Shown here: positions 9,114 through 19,023 of the stretch, piece by piece
Layout: each line of letters starts with the position of its first letter
Numbering within the stretch: position 1 is the stretch's first letter
Assembly (NCBI GenBank): GCA_964291675.2
Contig: OZ219866.1
Span: 512,001 to 576,000, forward strand
Reading direction: 5' to 3'
Source of the DNA: Alphaproteobacteria bacterium
Lineage (GTDB): Bacteria; Pseudomonadota; Alphaproteobacteria; MPNO01
Length of the DNA stretch: 64,000 bases
Notes under the pieces: generated by a model
What the model saw: only the letters and a program-made list of their open reading frames with translations
Told to the model about the DNA's origin: nothing
The model's database searches: none
Made by a program: the position numbers and the translations under genes

Positions 9114-11228
9114 TCAGTCGAACGCGATGACGATATTTCGGTATGGGTCCATGCGCGCGGCCTGCGCGGCCTGGACGACGATGGTGGTGATCGGCGTGTG
9201 GATCACCGCCGGGCCGGCCACCAGATTGCCCGGGGCGAGCGCGGCGAAGTCGTAGATATCGGCCGGCGCGAGCCCGCCCTTGGCCTCGACGAACACGTCG
9301 CGCCTGCCGCGATGGGCGGCGCCGGCATCCTCGCCGGCGAGCGCCTCGACCGGAATCTCGGGGCGCGTCATGCGGCCGCGCGCGGAGAGCCGGAACATGG
9401 TCATCTCGATACCGGCCCCGCGATAGGCCGAGCCCTTGCCGTATTTGCGCTCATACAGCGCCTCGAAGTCGCTCACCAGCGTCTCCAGCCCGGCCTCGTC
9501 GAGCGGGGTCGCGGCGCGCACCAGGGTGGTCACCTCGTGCACCTGGCGGCGATAGCGGAGATCGGCCGACCATTGCAGCGCGATATCGCCGTCCGCGAAG
9601 CCTTCGCCGGCGAGCTGGTTGCGGGCGCGCTCGGCCATCGGCGCGAAGATCGCGTTGATCTCATCGGCCGGCGTCGGCACCGGCCGCGTCGCGGTGTGCG
9701 CGAACTCGTGCACCACGTCGGCCGACACCAGGCCGAAGGCGCAGTTCACCGCGGCGGTGTAGGGCACCACGATGCGCTTGACGCTGAGCTCCTGGCCGAA
9801 CACGCCGGCGAGCAGCGGGCAGGAGCCGCCGAAGGCGTGCAGCACGAAATCGCGCGGATCGAGGCCGCGCTCGACGGTGATCTCGTGGATCAGATCGGCG
9901 ATCTGGGCGGCGGCGACGCGAAAGATGCCGAAGGCGGCCTCGTCGACGCCCATCCCCATCGGCCGGGCGATCTTCGCCTCGAACGCCGCGCGCGCCGCGT
10001 CGACGTCGAGGCGCATGGCGCCGCCGAGAAAGATGTCCGGGTCCATGTAGCCGATCAGCGTCATCACGTCGGTGAGCGTCGGCTCGACGCCGCCGAGCCC
10101 GTAGCACACCGGGCCCGGCCGGGCGCCGGCGCTCTTGGGGCCGACGCGCGGCACGTTGGTCCGGGGCTCGAGCGAGACGATGGAGCCGCCGCCGGCGCCG
10201 ATCGAGACGACCTCGATCTTGGGCGCGACATAGTGGTAGCGGTCGACCAGCGGCTCGCGCGCGAATTCGAGCTCGCCGCCCTGGATCACGCCCACCTTGA
10301 ACGTGGTGCCGCCCATGTCGGCCGCGATCACGTCGGGATCGCCCATCGCGGCGCCGAGGAACCTGGCGCCGATCACCCCGGCGGCGGGGCCGCATTCGAT
10401 CATCCCGACGGCGCGACGCGACGCCTCCTCGGCCGGCAGCAGCCCGCCATAGCCCTGCATCACCAGCAGCGGGCCGCCGTAGCCCTTGTGCGCCAGCAGG
10501 GCCTCCAGCTCGATGATGTAGTCGTAGGCGATCCGCCCCGCATAGGCGTTGATGACGGTCGTCGAGGTGCGTTCGTACTCGCCGGGCACCGGTGCGATGT
10601 CGCTCGATATCGTCACATAGGCGCCGGGCGCCGCCGCGGCCGCGATGTCGCGGACGCGGCGTTCGTGGTCCGGGTTGTAGCAGGACCAGAGGAAGCAGAT
10701 TGCGATCGCCTCGACGCCCATCTTCTCCGCCAGGTGGCGGATCGCGGCCTCGGCCGCATCCTCGTCGAGCTCGCGGATCACCGCGCCCTTGTAGTCGACC
10801 CGCTCCGGCACCCCGCGGATACGCGCCGCCGGCACCAGCGGCGGCGCGCGGTCGGTCTTCACCGGATGCTTGAGCCCCTCCTCCGCCAGCCCGGCCCAGC
10901 GGCCATAGGCGCCCCGCGTGACCAGCAGCGTGTCCTCGAAGCCCTCGGTGGTGATCAGCCCCGTCCGCGCCCCGTCGCGCGTGAGCAGCGCGTTGTCCAC
11001 CACGGTCGAGCCGTGGGTGAACAGGCCGGTGCGCTTCAGCAGATCCTCGAGCCCGACCCCCATCGAGTCCGCGGCGGAGCGTATGGAGTCGAGCACGCCG
11101 TTGGCGAAATCGGGCGGGGTGGAGAGCGCCTTGCCGATATGGACCGGCTCGCCCGCGGCGAACACGACGGTGTCGGTGCAGGTGCCCCCGACATCGGTCG
11201 CAATCACATAGGTGTTTCCGCCGTTCAT
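9114..11228 (-). CDS. Hydantoinase A/oxoprolinase family protein (ATP-binding subunit)
   Basis: TDVGGTCTD, HGSTVVDNAL, EYERTSTTVINAY, DMGGTTF, SIGAGGGS, SAGARPGPVCYG; start inferred at MNGGN. Confidence 0.92.
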   Translation of the reverse strand: MNGGNTYVIATDVGGTCTDTVVFAAGEPVHIGKALSTPPDFANGVLDSIRSAADSMGVGLEDLLKRTGLFTHGSTVVDNALLTRDGARTGLITTEGFEDTLLVTRGAYGRWAGLAEEGLKHPVKTDRAPPLVPAARIRGVPERVDYKGAVIRELDEDAAEAAIRHLAEKMGVEAIAICFLWSCYNPDHERRVRDIAAAAAPGAYVTISSDIAPVPGEYERTSTTVINAYAGRIAYDYIIELEALLAHKGYGGPLLVMQGYGGLLPAEEASRRAVGMIECGPAAGVIGARFLGAAMGDPDVIAADMGGTTFKVGVIQGGELEFAREPLVDRYHYVAPKIEVVSIGAGGGSIVSLEPRTNVPRVGPKSAGARPGPVCYGLGGVEPTLTDVMTLIGYMDPDIFLGGAMRLDVDAARAAFEAKIARPMGMGVDEAAFGIFRVAAAQIADLIHEITVERGLDPRDFVLHAFGGSCPLLAGVFGQELSVKRIVVPYTAAVNCAFGLVSADVVHEFAHTATRPVPTPADEINAIFAPMAERARNQLAGEGFADGDIALQWSADLRYRRQVHEVTTLVRAATPLDEAGLETLVSDFEALYERKYGKGSAYRGAGIEMTMFRLSARGRMTRPEIPVEALAGEDAGAAHRGRRDVFVEAKGGLAPADIYDFAALAPGNLVAGPAVIHTPITTIVVQAAQAARMDPYRNIVIAFD

Positions 11229-11327
11229 CGCCGTCCCGCAATCGGCACCGACGGCGAAACCATGCGCGCCGCCGTCCAGGCGGTCAAGCAATCCGGGCGC
11301 GCCCGGCGGCGGCGGCGCGCGCCGGGC

Positions 11328-11684
11328 CTATCGCCGCATCCGCCTCGCCCGCCGGTCCGGGCCGTAGAACTTCGCCAGATAGTCGAGGACCAGAACCTCG
11401 TCCTCCGGCTCGAGCTCCGCCATCTCCTGTTCCTCGACCATGAATTCGAGGACCTCTTCCCAGGTCGAGCGCGACAGCCCCTGCTGCATGACCAGCTTCA
11501 TCGAATGACAGGGCCCGCACAGGCCGAAGACCTCGTCGCGCCCGGCGCCCGGCGGCAGGCCCTGATACTCGTCCTCCTCCGCGGCCGCGGCGGGCCGCGG
11601 CGGGGCATCGGCGGCCACGGCGTTCGCCGGGGCGAAAAAACAAACTAACCCGGCGAGCGCGACGAGCGATGCGGGCCGCGGCAT
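11328..11684 (-). CDS. Exported monoheme cytochrome c (SorB-like partner of a sulfite dehydrogenase)
   Basis: Signal peptide, heme motif CGPCH, downstream Met (FMVEEQEM), LDYLA; 5 nt from the molybdoenzyme gene. Confidence 0.8.
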   Translation of the reverse strand: MPRPASLVALAGLVCFFAPANAVAADAPPRPAAAAEEDEYQGLPPGAGRDEVFGLCGPCHSMKLVMQQGLSRSTWEEVLEFMVEEQEMAELEPEDEVLVLDYLAKFYGPDRRARRMRR

Positions 11685-11689
11685 GACCG

Positions 11690-12994
11690 CTAGGCCACGC
11701 GCACGGAGATCCGGTGCATCGAGTTGTTGAGATACCCCTTCGGGTTCCAGGCGATAGCGAAGGGCTGGCTCGTCCCCTTGTCGTCGGTCGCCCGCGCCCA
11801 GACCTCGTAATATCCCTTTTGCGGGAACTTCAACCTGGCCGACCAGCGCTGCCAGGCATAGGGGTTGACCGGCGCCTTGAGCTCCGCCCGCTGCCAGGAG
11901 GCGCCGAAATCGATCGAGACGTCGACCCGCGCGACCGCGTTGTCGCCGGCCCAGGCGTGGCCCGCCACCGCGAGCTCGCGACCGCCGATCGAAAGCCCGG
12001 TCTTCGGCGTCGTGATCAGGGATTTTACCGGCATGGAGTGGATGATCTGCATGGCGCTCTTCGGCACCTTCTCGCCGGGCGCCACCGGATAGTCGGGCAC
12101 GCGGTAGGAGGAGCCCGTCATCTTGGGCCCGTCATGCACGACATCGCGCAGCCAGATCCGCTTGAGCCATTTCTGCGAGCACGATCCGGGCCAGCCGGGG
12201 ATCACCAGGCGCAGCGGCGCCCCGTTCATCGGGTGCAGCGGACCGCCGTTCATGCCGAACGCGATCAAATTGCTCTCGTTCATCGCCTTCGCGATGGGCA
12301 CGCCGCGGGATATCGGCAGCTTTCCTTCCTTGCCGGACAGATGCGTGTCGGCGCCGACATGGGCGGTGTAGACGACGTTTTCCTTGACGCCCGCCGCCTT
12401 GAGCACGTCGGCGAGACGCACGCCGGTCCACTCCGAACAGGCGACCGCGCCCAGCGTCCATTGATTGCCGCGCGCGGGCGGGTCGAAGAACGCCCGTCCG
12501 TTGCCGCCGCATTCGATGGTCAGCCGCTGGGTGACGACGTCGAATCCCTTCTTCAGGTCGTCGATGCCCAAGGTCATCGGCTTGTTCACCAGACCGTCGA
12601 TCCGCAATCGCCAGGTCGAGGCATCCATGTCTTCCGGGACGACGCCGTTATTCCTGATGAAATGCCGGGCGGTGGGCGTGACCTCGTCGTCCAGCAGATG
12701 GGCCGGCGTCTCCGCGTTCACCGGGCGGTCGTTGAGCACGGTCAGCCCGTCCTTGCCGACGATTGTCGCCGGGTTGGCGGCGACCGCTTCCGGGATGAAC
12801 CCGGACGGCATGTTGCGGTGAAACGGGATCGCGGCGCCGACCGCCGCGCCCATCGCCGCGAGTCCGGCGCCTTTGAGGAATCCGCGGCGGTCCCCGTGCG
12901 GTTCCCGGCCGAACACAATGCGGTCGGCGCGCTCCGGATCCTCGGCGTAAAGCTCGAAGAGGTCGACGCGTTGTTTGTCCTCACGATGTGGCAT
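11690..12994 (-). CDS. Sulfite-oxidase-family molybdopterin enzyme (SorA/SorT-like), Tat-exported
   Basis: Tat motif DRRGFLK; RPVNAETP, HFIRNNG, Mo-ligand TIECGGNGR, WTGVRL, NGAPLRLVIPGWPG, WNPKGYLNN. Confidence 0.9.
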   Translation of the reverse strand: MPHREDKQRVDLFELYAEDPERADRIVFGREPHGDRRGFLKGAGLAAMGAAVGAAIPFHRNMPSGFIPEAVAANPATIVGKDGLTVLNDRPVNAETPAHLLDDEVTPTARHFIRNNGVVPEDMDASTWRLRIDGLVNKPMTLGIDDLKKGFDVVTQRLTIECGGNGRAFFDPPARGNQWTLGAVACSEWTGVRLADVLKAAGVKENVVYTAHVGADTHLSGKEGKLPISRGVPIAKAMNESNLIAFGMNGGPLHPMNGAPLRLVIPGWPGSCSQKWLKRIWLRDVVHDGPKMTGSSYRVPDYPVAPGEKVPKSAMQIIHSMPVKSLITTPKTGLSIGGRELAVAGHAWAGDNAVARVDVSIDFGASWQRAELKAPVNPYAWQRWSARLKFPQKGYYEVWARATDDKGTSQPFAIAWNPKGYLNNSMHRISVRVA

Positions 12995-13308
12995 GGTTCC
13001 GTCCCTTCTCCGTGGCTATCGGATTCACAGAAGCAGATTTTGGGGAGACGGTCAATTCGACGGCGCGGTGGTGATGCTACGGCGAATTCTTGCCGGCTTC
13101 GGGCGGACGGCGTCGAATCCGAAGCGCCCGGCGCCGTATCGGCCAATCGATCGGGTTGACGAGTGCGGCGACGCGTAAGGCGCTTTTCGATCGTTTTGTG
13201 AACAACACCCCGCTTTTACGGTTGCGCCGTCATTGCGGCGCCTATATTCCTCTCCGAGTTGTGACCCAAAGTCACTGTTATCTTCATGCAGTAATGGGAA
13301 AATGGACC

Positions 13309-13821
13309 ATGCCGAATGTCACCAAGAGCAGCGCGACAAGGCTCTCCGCGCTCGTCGCCGAGATCGAGTCGGCAGCCTATGAGCGCGGCAAGGAAGACGC
13401 CAAGAAGGAAATATTGGATCTCCTCGGTTCGCAAGGCGCGCAGCTCACCCGGACGCGTGCAACGCGCGGACGGCCGGCCAAGAAAGCGGAGCCCAAGACG
13501 CGTCGCGCCAGCGGCCGCAAGCGCGCGCCGAAGGGTTCGGTCCCGCGCTTTGTCGAGCAGGCCCTGAGCGATCGGCCCGGGCTGACGCCGCCGGAAATAC
13601 TGGCCCGCGCCGCCACCGACATGGAGCGGCTGATCAAGCTGCCGTCGATTCGGACCGAACTGCGAAACGGCGGGAAACAAGGCAAGTACGAGTCGAATGA
13701 CGGGCGGTGGTTCCTTGCGGGATCGGGTTCGGCAAGCGGCGAAGCGGGCTCGTCGGCGGCATCCCCGGGCTCGGAGTCGGGCGGGGGAGAAGGTGGCGGA
13801 ACCGCGAGCTCGGGCTGGTGA
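13309..13821 (+). CDS. Hypothetical basic protein, probably DNA-binding (N-terminal helix, K/R-rich linker, winged-helix-like C-terminal domain)
   Basis: 170 aa from ATG 13309: MPNVTKSSATRLSALVAEIE...RGRPAKK...KRAPKGSVPRFVEQALSDRPGLTPPEIL...GKYESNDGRWFL. Confidence 0.6.
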   Translation: MPNVTKSSATRLSALVAEIESAAYERGKEDAKKEILDLLGSQGAQLTRTRATRGRPAKKAEPKTRRASGRKRAPKGSVPRFVEQALSDRPGLTPPEILARAATDMERLIKLPSIRTELRNGGKQGKYESNDGRWFLAGSGSASGEAGSSAASPGSESGGGEGGGTASSGW

Positions 13822-13910
13822 TCGGCGGGCGTTAACCCGCCTGCGGGCGGCGTGTTGCAGGCGGGCGATGCCAAGGCATCCGGCGTCGGGACCGCACCCG
13901 TGAGACGGCG

Positions 13911-14639
<729 letters not shown>

Positions 14640-14658
14640 GCAGCGAATCCCGTGCTCG

Positions 14659-14711
14659 CTTTACATATCTTTACAAATTGGAGCCTTGCAGCACAAACCA
14701 AGTTTACAATT
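14659..14711 (+). promoter_or_regulatory. Direct repeat TTTACA-N4-TTTACA (K-box/OmpR-type site) plus a third half site
   Basis: CTTTACATAT CTTTACAAAT at 14659-14678 and GTTTACAATT at 14702-14711, in the AT-rich divergent region between the regulator and the Crp/Fnr gene. Confidence 0.6.
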
Positions 14712-14776
14712 CGCCACTAGATTCCAGATGCCGCACACAGGCATGAACGGACATTGCGACACCGGGAGGATGCTGT

Positions 14777-15535
14777 ATGCCGCGTCTCATGGCGCTGCGA
14801 GGCGAGCCCGCGGATGTGCCGCCGCTACCCCGACGGCACGTTTTCGATCGACCCCCCGCGGAGGGGACCCTGACCGGGCGGACACGAGTGGTGGCACAGG
14901 AATACCGATTTTTCGCCTCGGGCGCCGAGCTCTTCGCACAGGATCGGATCAACGAGGATGTTTTCACCCTGGTGGAAGGATGGGTGTCTCTTCACCACAT
15001 CCTCGAGGACGGACGCCGTCAAATCCTCGAATTCCTGTTGCCGGGCGACATATGCGGGTTTGCGTCACCGGCCGGCGGACCCGCACAGCATGCCGCCGAG
15101 GCGTTGACCGACGTGACAGCCACGGTCATTCCGCGGTCGCAGTTCGTCTCGATGCTCGCGACGAATGCCGATTATGCGGCTTCCGTCATCGACAGATTGT
15201 CCGGCGCGATACTCGCGGCCCATGACTCGCTGGTCGATATCGGCCGTCGCAGCGCGCTGGAAGCCGTCGCCCATCTCCTGTACCGGCTCGACCGGCGGGT
15301 TCGGGAGGCCGACATTGCGGCGCCGGGAAGGACCGTCGACTTCCCGCCGACGCAGGAGCAGCTGGGCGACGCGCTCGGCCTCTCGGCGGCGCATGTATGC
15401 CGCACGCTGCGTGTCCTGAGAGAACGCGGGATACTGTCTCTCGACCGGCACGGGCTTTGCATCCACGATCCGGACGCGCTCTGCCGAATGCTGGGTCAGG
15501 ATGCGCGCGGGACGGGCACCGGCCATGCGGAGTGA
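14777..15535 (+). CDS. Crp/Fnr-family transcriptional regulator (FixK-like, no N-terminal Cys cluster)
   Basis: LEDGRRQILEFLLPGD, IGRRSALEAVAHLL, HTH PTQEQLGDALGLSAAHVCRTL. Confidence 0.9.
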   Translation: MPRLMALRGEPADVPPLPRRHVFDRPPAEGTLTGRTRVVAQEYRFFASGAELFAQDRINEDVFTLVEGWVSLHHILEDGRRQILEFLLPGDICGFASPAGGPAQHAAEALTDVTATVIPRSQFVSMLATNADYAASVIDRLSGAILAAHDSLVDIGRRSALEAVAHLLYRLDRRVREADIAAPGRTVDFPPTQEQLGDALGLSAAHVCRTLRVLRERGILSLDRHGLCIHDPDALCRMLGQDARGTGTGHAE

Positions 15536-15587
15536 CGCGGCGCGATCCGAACGGCGTTTCCGGGAACGACCCAACGGGAGATGAACG

Positions 15588-16418
15588 ATGTCGCTCAAGA
15601 GTATCCTCGTCCACGCCGCGCCCAACGACCGGTTGGACGCGGTGCTCGACATAGGCTTCACGCTTGCCAGGACGCACGGCGCGCATCCGATCGGGCTGCA
15701 CATCGGTTCCGACCCGACGGCCTCGCTAAAATCCCTGCCAGGGCCGGTTCCGGGCGAGCTGATGGCTGCGCTGGAGGACCGATTCGACGACCAACAGGAT
15801 CGTTCGAAGGCGGGGTTCGACGAGGCCGCTGCGCGTCACGGGATAAGCGGCGAATGGCGCGTGGAGACCGGCGAGCCGGCGAGCCGGATCGGCATCCACG
15901 CGCGCTATGCCGACCTGGCGGTGATGGGCCAGGGGGACGACGAGGATCCGTCGAACGATCCGGAGCTTCCCACCACGGTGGCCTCGATGACCGGCCGGCC
16001 GGTGTTGATCGTCCCCCGGGCGGGGCGCTTCGCCGATGTCGGCAAGCGCGTGCTGGTGTGCTGGAACGCGAGCCGCGAAGCCACGCGCGCGGTCACCGAT
16101 GCGTTGCCGATCCTGCGGCTGGCGGACCAGGTCACCGTGCTCGCCGTCAATCCCGACGAGGGGGAGGGCCACGGCGAGGTCCCGGGCGCCGACATGTCGC
16201 ATTATCTCGCACGGCACGGCGTCCGCGCCGAGGCGAACCGCACCTACGCGGAGAGTATCGATGTCGCCGACGCGATCCTCTCCCGGGCCGCGGATCTGAG
16301 CTGCGACCTGATCGTCATGGGCGCCTACGGCCACTCGCGCACGCGCGAGTGGATCTTCGGCGGCGTGACGCGGTCGATCATGCGCACGATGACCCGGCCG
16401 GTTCTGATCTCCCACTGA
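15588..16418 (+). CDS. Universal stress protein (tandem USP)
   Basis: MSLKSILVH, ARYADLAVMG, GRPVLIVP, WNASREATRAV, DLIVMGAYGHSR..E.IFGGVTR, PVLISH. Confidence 0.93.
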   Translation: MSLKSILVHAAPNDRLDAVLDIGFTLARTHGAHPIGLHIGSDPTASLKSLPGPVPGELMAALEDRFDDQQDRSKAGFDEAAARHGISGEWRVETGEPASRIGIHARYADLAVMGQGDDEDPSNDPELPTTVASMTGRPVLIVPRAGRFADVGKRVLVCWNASREATRAVTDALPILRLADQVTVLAVNPDEGEGHGEVPGADMSHYLARHGVRAEANRTYAESIDVADAILSRAADLSCDLIVMGAYGHSRTREWIFGGVTRSIMRTMTRPVLISH

Positions 16419-16504
16419 GGCCGGGCAGGCCTGCCGGTCGTCGTTGTTGCGGGGATTCGGCTTCCCGCAGCACACTGTCGCACGATCATGCGGGGAAGCC
16501 TGCG

Positions 16505-18412
16505 TTGACAGCGAGAGAGAGATCGCTCGAAGCCGAGCTCCGCGCCCTGCGCGACACGATCGTCGACGGTCTGATCGTGATCGACGTCGACAAGCGCATC
16601 CGATCGGTCAACCGGGCGGCGGAGCGGATCTTCGGGTATCGCGCCGAGGAGGTGGTGGGCCGCAATGTCGGCATCCTGATGCCGGGCGAGGAACGCGCCG
16701 CGCATGACGGCCATGTCGATCGCTACCTGAAGACCGGCGAGGCCCGCATCATCGGAAGCGGGCGGGAGGTCACGGGCGCGCGCAAGGACGGCTCCCCGTT
16801 TCCGATGTCGATCTATGTCGGCGAGATGAGGTTTTCCGGCGAGCGCAGATTTCTCGGCGTGGTGCGCGACCTTTCGGAATCGTACCGGAGGGACCGAACC
16901 CTGCGCAGCCACGAGGAGATGCTGCGCGGTATCGCGGCCAACCTGCCCGGGTCGATCTTTCGCGGCGGCTTCTCCCCCGAGGGCCGGATCTCCTTCCCCT
17001 TCGCGAGCGACGGGCTCAAGCGCGTGTTCGCGCTCGATCCCGCGGCCCTGCAAGCCGAGCCCGACTTGCTGTTGCGGGCGATCCACCAGGGCGACCGCGC
17101 CGCCTGGCTGGCGGCGCTGGAAGCTTCGGCGCGCGATCTCGCGCCGCTCGATCACCAGATGCGCGTGCGCGGCGACGACGGGGTGGAGCGCTGGATGCAT
17201 GCCATCGCGCGCCCGGTGCGCCGCGCCGACGGCGGCGTGTCGTGGAGCGGACTCGCGCTCGACGTGACCGATCGGCAGACCGCCCAGGCGGAGCTGCACC
17301 AGGCGCAGAAGATGGAAGCGGTCGGCCAGCTGACGGGCGGCATGGCGCACGATTTCAACAATCTCCTCGCCGTATTGTCGATGGATCTGGAAGAGCTCGA
17401 GGCGCTGACGCCGCCGCAGGACGAGCGGCGCGCGCTGATCGACGAAGCGCGGGAGACCGAGCGGCTGGCGGCCGAGCTGACCGAGCGCCTGCTGGCGTTC
17501 GCCCGCAAGCAGCCGCTCAACCCCCGCACGATCGAGCCGGCCGGCCTCCTGGTCGGGACGGCCGAGCTGCTGCACCGGACGCTCGGCGGCGCCATCCGGA
17601 TCGACTTTTCCGAGCCCGGCGAACGCTGGCGCGCGACGGTCGATCCGGTGCAGTTGGAGAACGCGGTCATCAACCTCGCGATCAATGCCCGCGACGCGAT
17701 GCCGAACGGCGGCACGCTGACGATCGTCGTCCGCAATGCGTCTCTCGACGACGTCGCCGAGGCGACACCGGGCGCGTATGTCTGCATCGAGGTAAGCGAC
17801 ACCGGCACCGGAATGCCGCCCGCGGTCGTCGAGCGCGCCTTCGAGCCGTTCTTCACGACCAAGAAGCCGGGCCAGGGAACCGGGATGGGTCTCAGCATGG
17901 TCTACGGGTTCGTCAAGCAGTCCTCGGGGCACATCGCGATCGACAGCCGCCCGGATGCGGGCACGACGGTGCGGCTCTATTTTCCGCGCACACAGGCGGC
18001 GGCGGAAGAATCGCGCCGCGGAACCGGGCTTTCCGCGGTCGCCATCGACGGGTGCCGCGTGCTCTATGTCGAGGACCACCCGCAATTGCGCGCCCGCACC
18101 GAAGCGAGGCTGGCCGGGATGGGTCTCTCGGTGGTCGCGGCGCCGGACGGGCGCGCGGCGCTCGACTTGCTGGACCGGGGAGAGCGCTTCGATCTGCTGT
18201 TCACCGACGTGGTGATGCCGGGCGGCGTCGACGGCATCCGCCTCGCCGATGCGGCACGCCGGCGTCTGCCCGATATCCGCGTCCTGTACACGACCGGGTA
18301 CGCGGACGACGAACGCCTCAGGGATGCCGCCAGGGCGCCGGGGGCGGCGCTGCTGCGCAAACCGTTCACCAAGTCCGCGCTCCGCGAGCGGCTTCAGCTC
18401 CTGCTCGAGTGA
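16505..18412 (+). CDS. Hybrid PAS histidine kinase with FixL-like heme-PAS domain and C-terminal receiver
   Basis: TTG start inferred after GGGGAAG. PAS ..HDGHVDRYLKTGEARIIGSGREVTGARKDGSPFPM, a second PAS, H-box GMAHDFNNLL, N/G boxes, receiver LLFTDVVMPG. Confidence 0.88.
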   Translation: MTARERSLEAELRALRDTIVDGLIVIDVDKRIRSVNRAAERIFGYRAEEVVGRNVGILMPGEERAAHDGHVDRYLKTGEARIIGSGREVTGARKDGSPFPMSIYVGEMRFSGERRFLGVVRDLSESYRRDRTLRSHEEMLRGIAANLPGSIFRGGFSPEGRISFPFASDGLKRVFALDPAALQAEPDLLLRAIHQGDRAAWLAALEASARDLAPLDHQMRVRGDDGVERWMHAIARPVRRADGGVSWSGLALDVTDRQTAQAELHQAQKMEAVGQLTGGMAHDFNNLLAVLSMDLEELEALTPPQDERRALIDEARETERLAAELTERLLAFARKQPLNPRTIEPAGLLVGTAELLHRTLGGAIRIDFSEPGERWRATVDPVQLENAVINLAINARDAMPNGGTLTIVVRNASLDDVAEATPGAYVCIEVSDTGTGMPPAVVERAFEPFFTTKKPGQGTGMGLSMVYGFVKQSSGHIAIDSRPDAGTTVRLYFPRTQAAAEESRRGTGLSAVAIDGCRVLYVEDHPQLRARTEARLAGMGLSVVAAPDGRAALDLLDRGERFDLLFTDVVMPGGVDGIRLADAARRRLPDIRVLYTTGYADDERLRDAARAPGAALLRKPFTKSALRERLQLLLE

Positions 18413-19023
18413 GGGCGGGGGCCGGATTGCCCTTCGTCCAGCATCACGTTCGCGCGTTCCAGCGCCACCTTGCCGTCATCGGCGAGGGCGAAGACCTGAA
18501 CCGCCGCCCATTCGAGCTCGACCGGCGGCTTCGCGACCATGTCCCAGCCGGTCGTCAGCGAGAGCAGCGCGCGAATGACCCCCTGGTGGCAAACCGCGCC
18601 GGCCGGCCGGCCAGCGAGCCGGACCCGGTCGAGCCAGCCTGAGACCCGTGCGCGCAGATCGCGCGGCGTCTCGCCCCCGCGCGGTCGCATGTCGAGGCCG
18701 CGCGCGAGCTCGCGGTCGAACGCATCGCCGTAGCGCGCGCGGAGATCCGGACCCCTGGCGCCGTCCCACTCCCCCCAGTCCATTTCGATCAGCGCGGGCT
18801 CGACGACCGGGTGGAGACCGAGCAGGGCGGCGGTCTCGCGCGCACGGGACAGCGGGCTCACATACCAGTCGAACGCGGCCAGCTCGGCGGGCAATGTCCA
18901 TCCCGATACCGTTGCGCGGCCGGCCGGGCTGAGCGGACGGTCGGCGCGGCCCTGTATCCGCCGCTGCTCGTTCCAGTCGGTCGGGCCGTGCCGGATCGCG
19001 GCGACCGGAATCGTCGTCGCCAT
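18394..19023 (-). CDS. Histidine phosphatase (phosphoglycerate mutase family)
   Basis: IRHGPTDWN...IQGRAD, SPLSRARETA, LIEMDWGEW, GGET, VCHQGVIR. Confidence 0.9.
   Translation of the reverse strand: MATTIPVAAIRHGPTDWNEQRRIQGRADRPLSPAGRATVSGWTLPAELAAFDWYVSPLSRARETAALLGLHPVVEPALIEMDWGEWDGARGPDLRARYGDAFDRELARGLDMRPRGGETPRDLRARVSGWLDRVRLAGRPAGAVCHQGVIRALLSLTTGWDMVAKPPVELEWAAVQVFALADDGKVALERANVMLDEGQSGPRPHSSRS

Noticed and set aside
13260-13276. Canonical CRP box upstream of the hypothetical DNA-binding protein
   Set aside because: Spacing is TGTGA-N7-TCACT rather than N6, so it is kept only as a generic palindrome.
15581-16504. N-terminal extensions in ORF-track calls (kinase 943 aa, FtsK 1199 aa, HicB 643 aa, LON 788 aa)
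   Set aside because: The extensions overlap well-supported genes in other frames; starts were reassigned using motifs and RBS.
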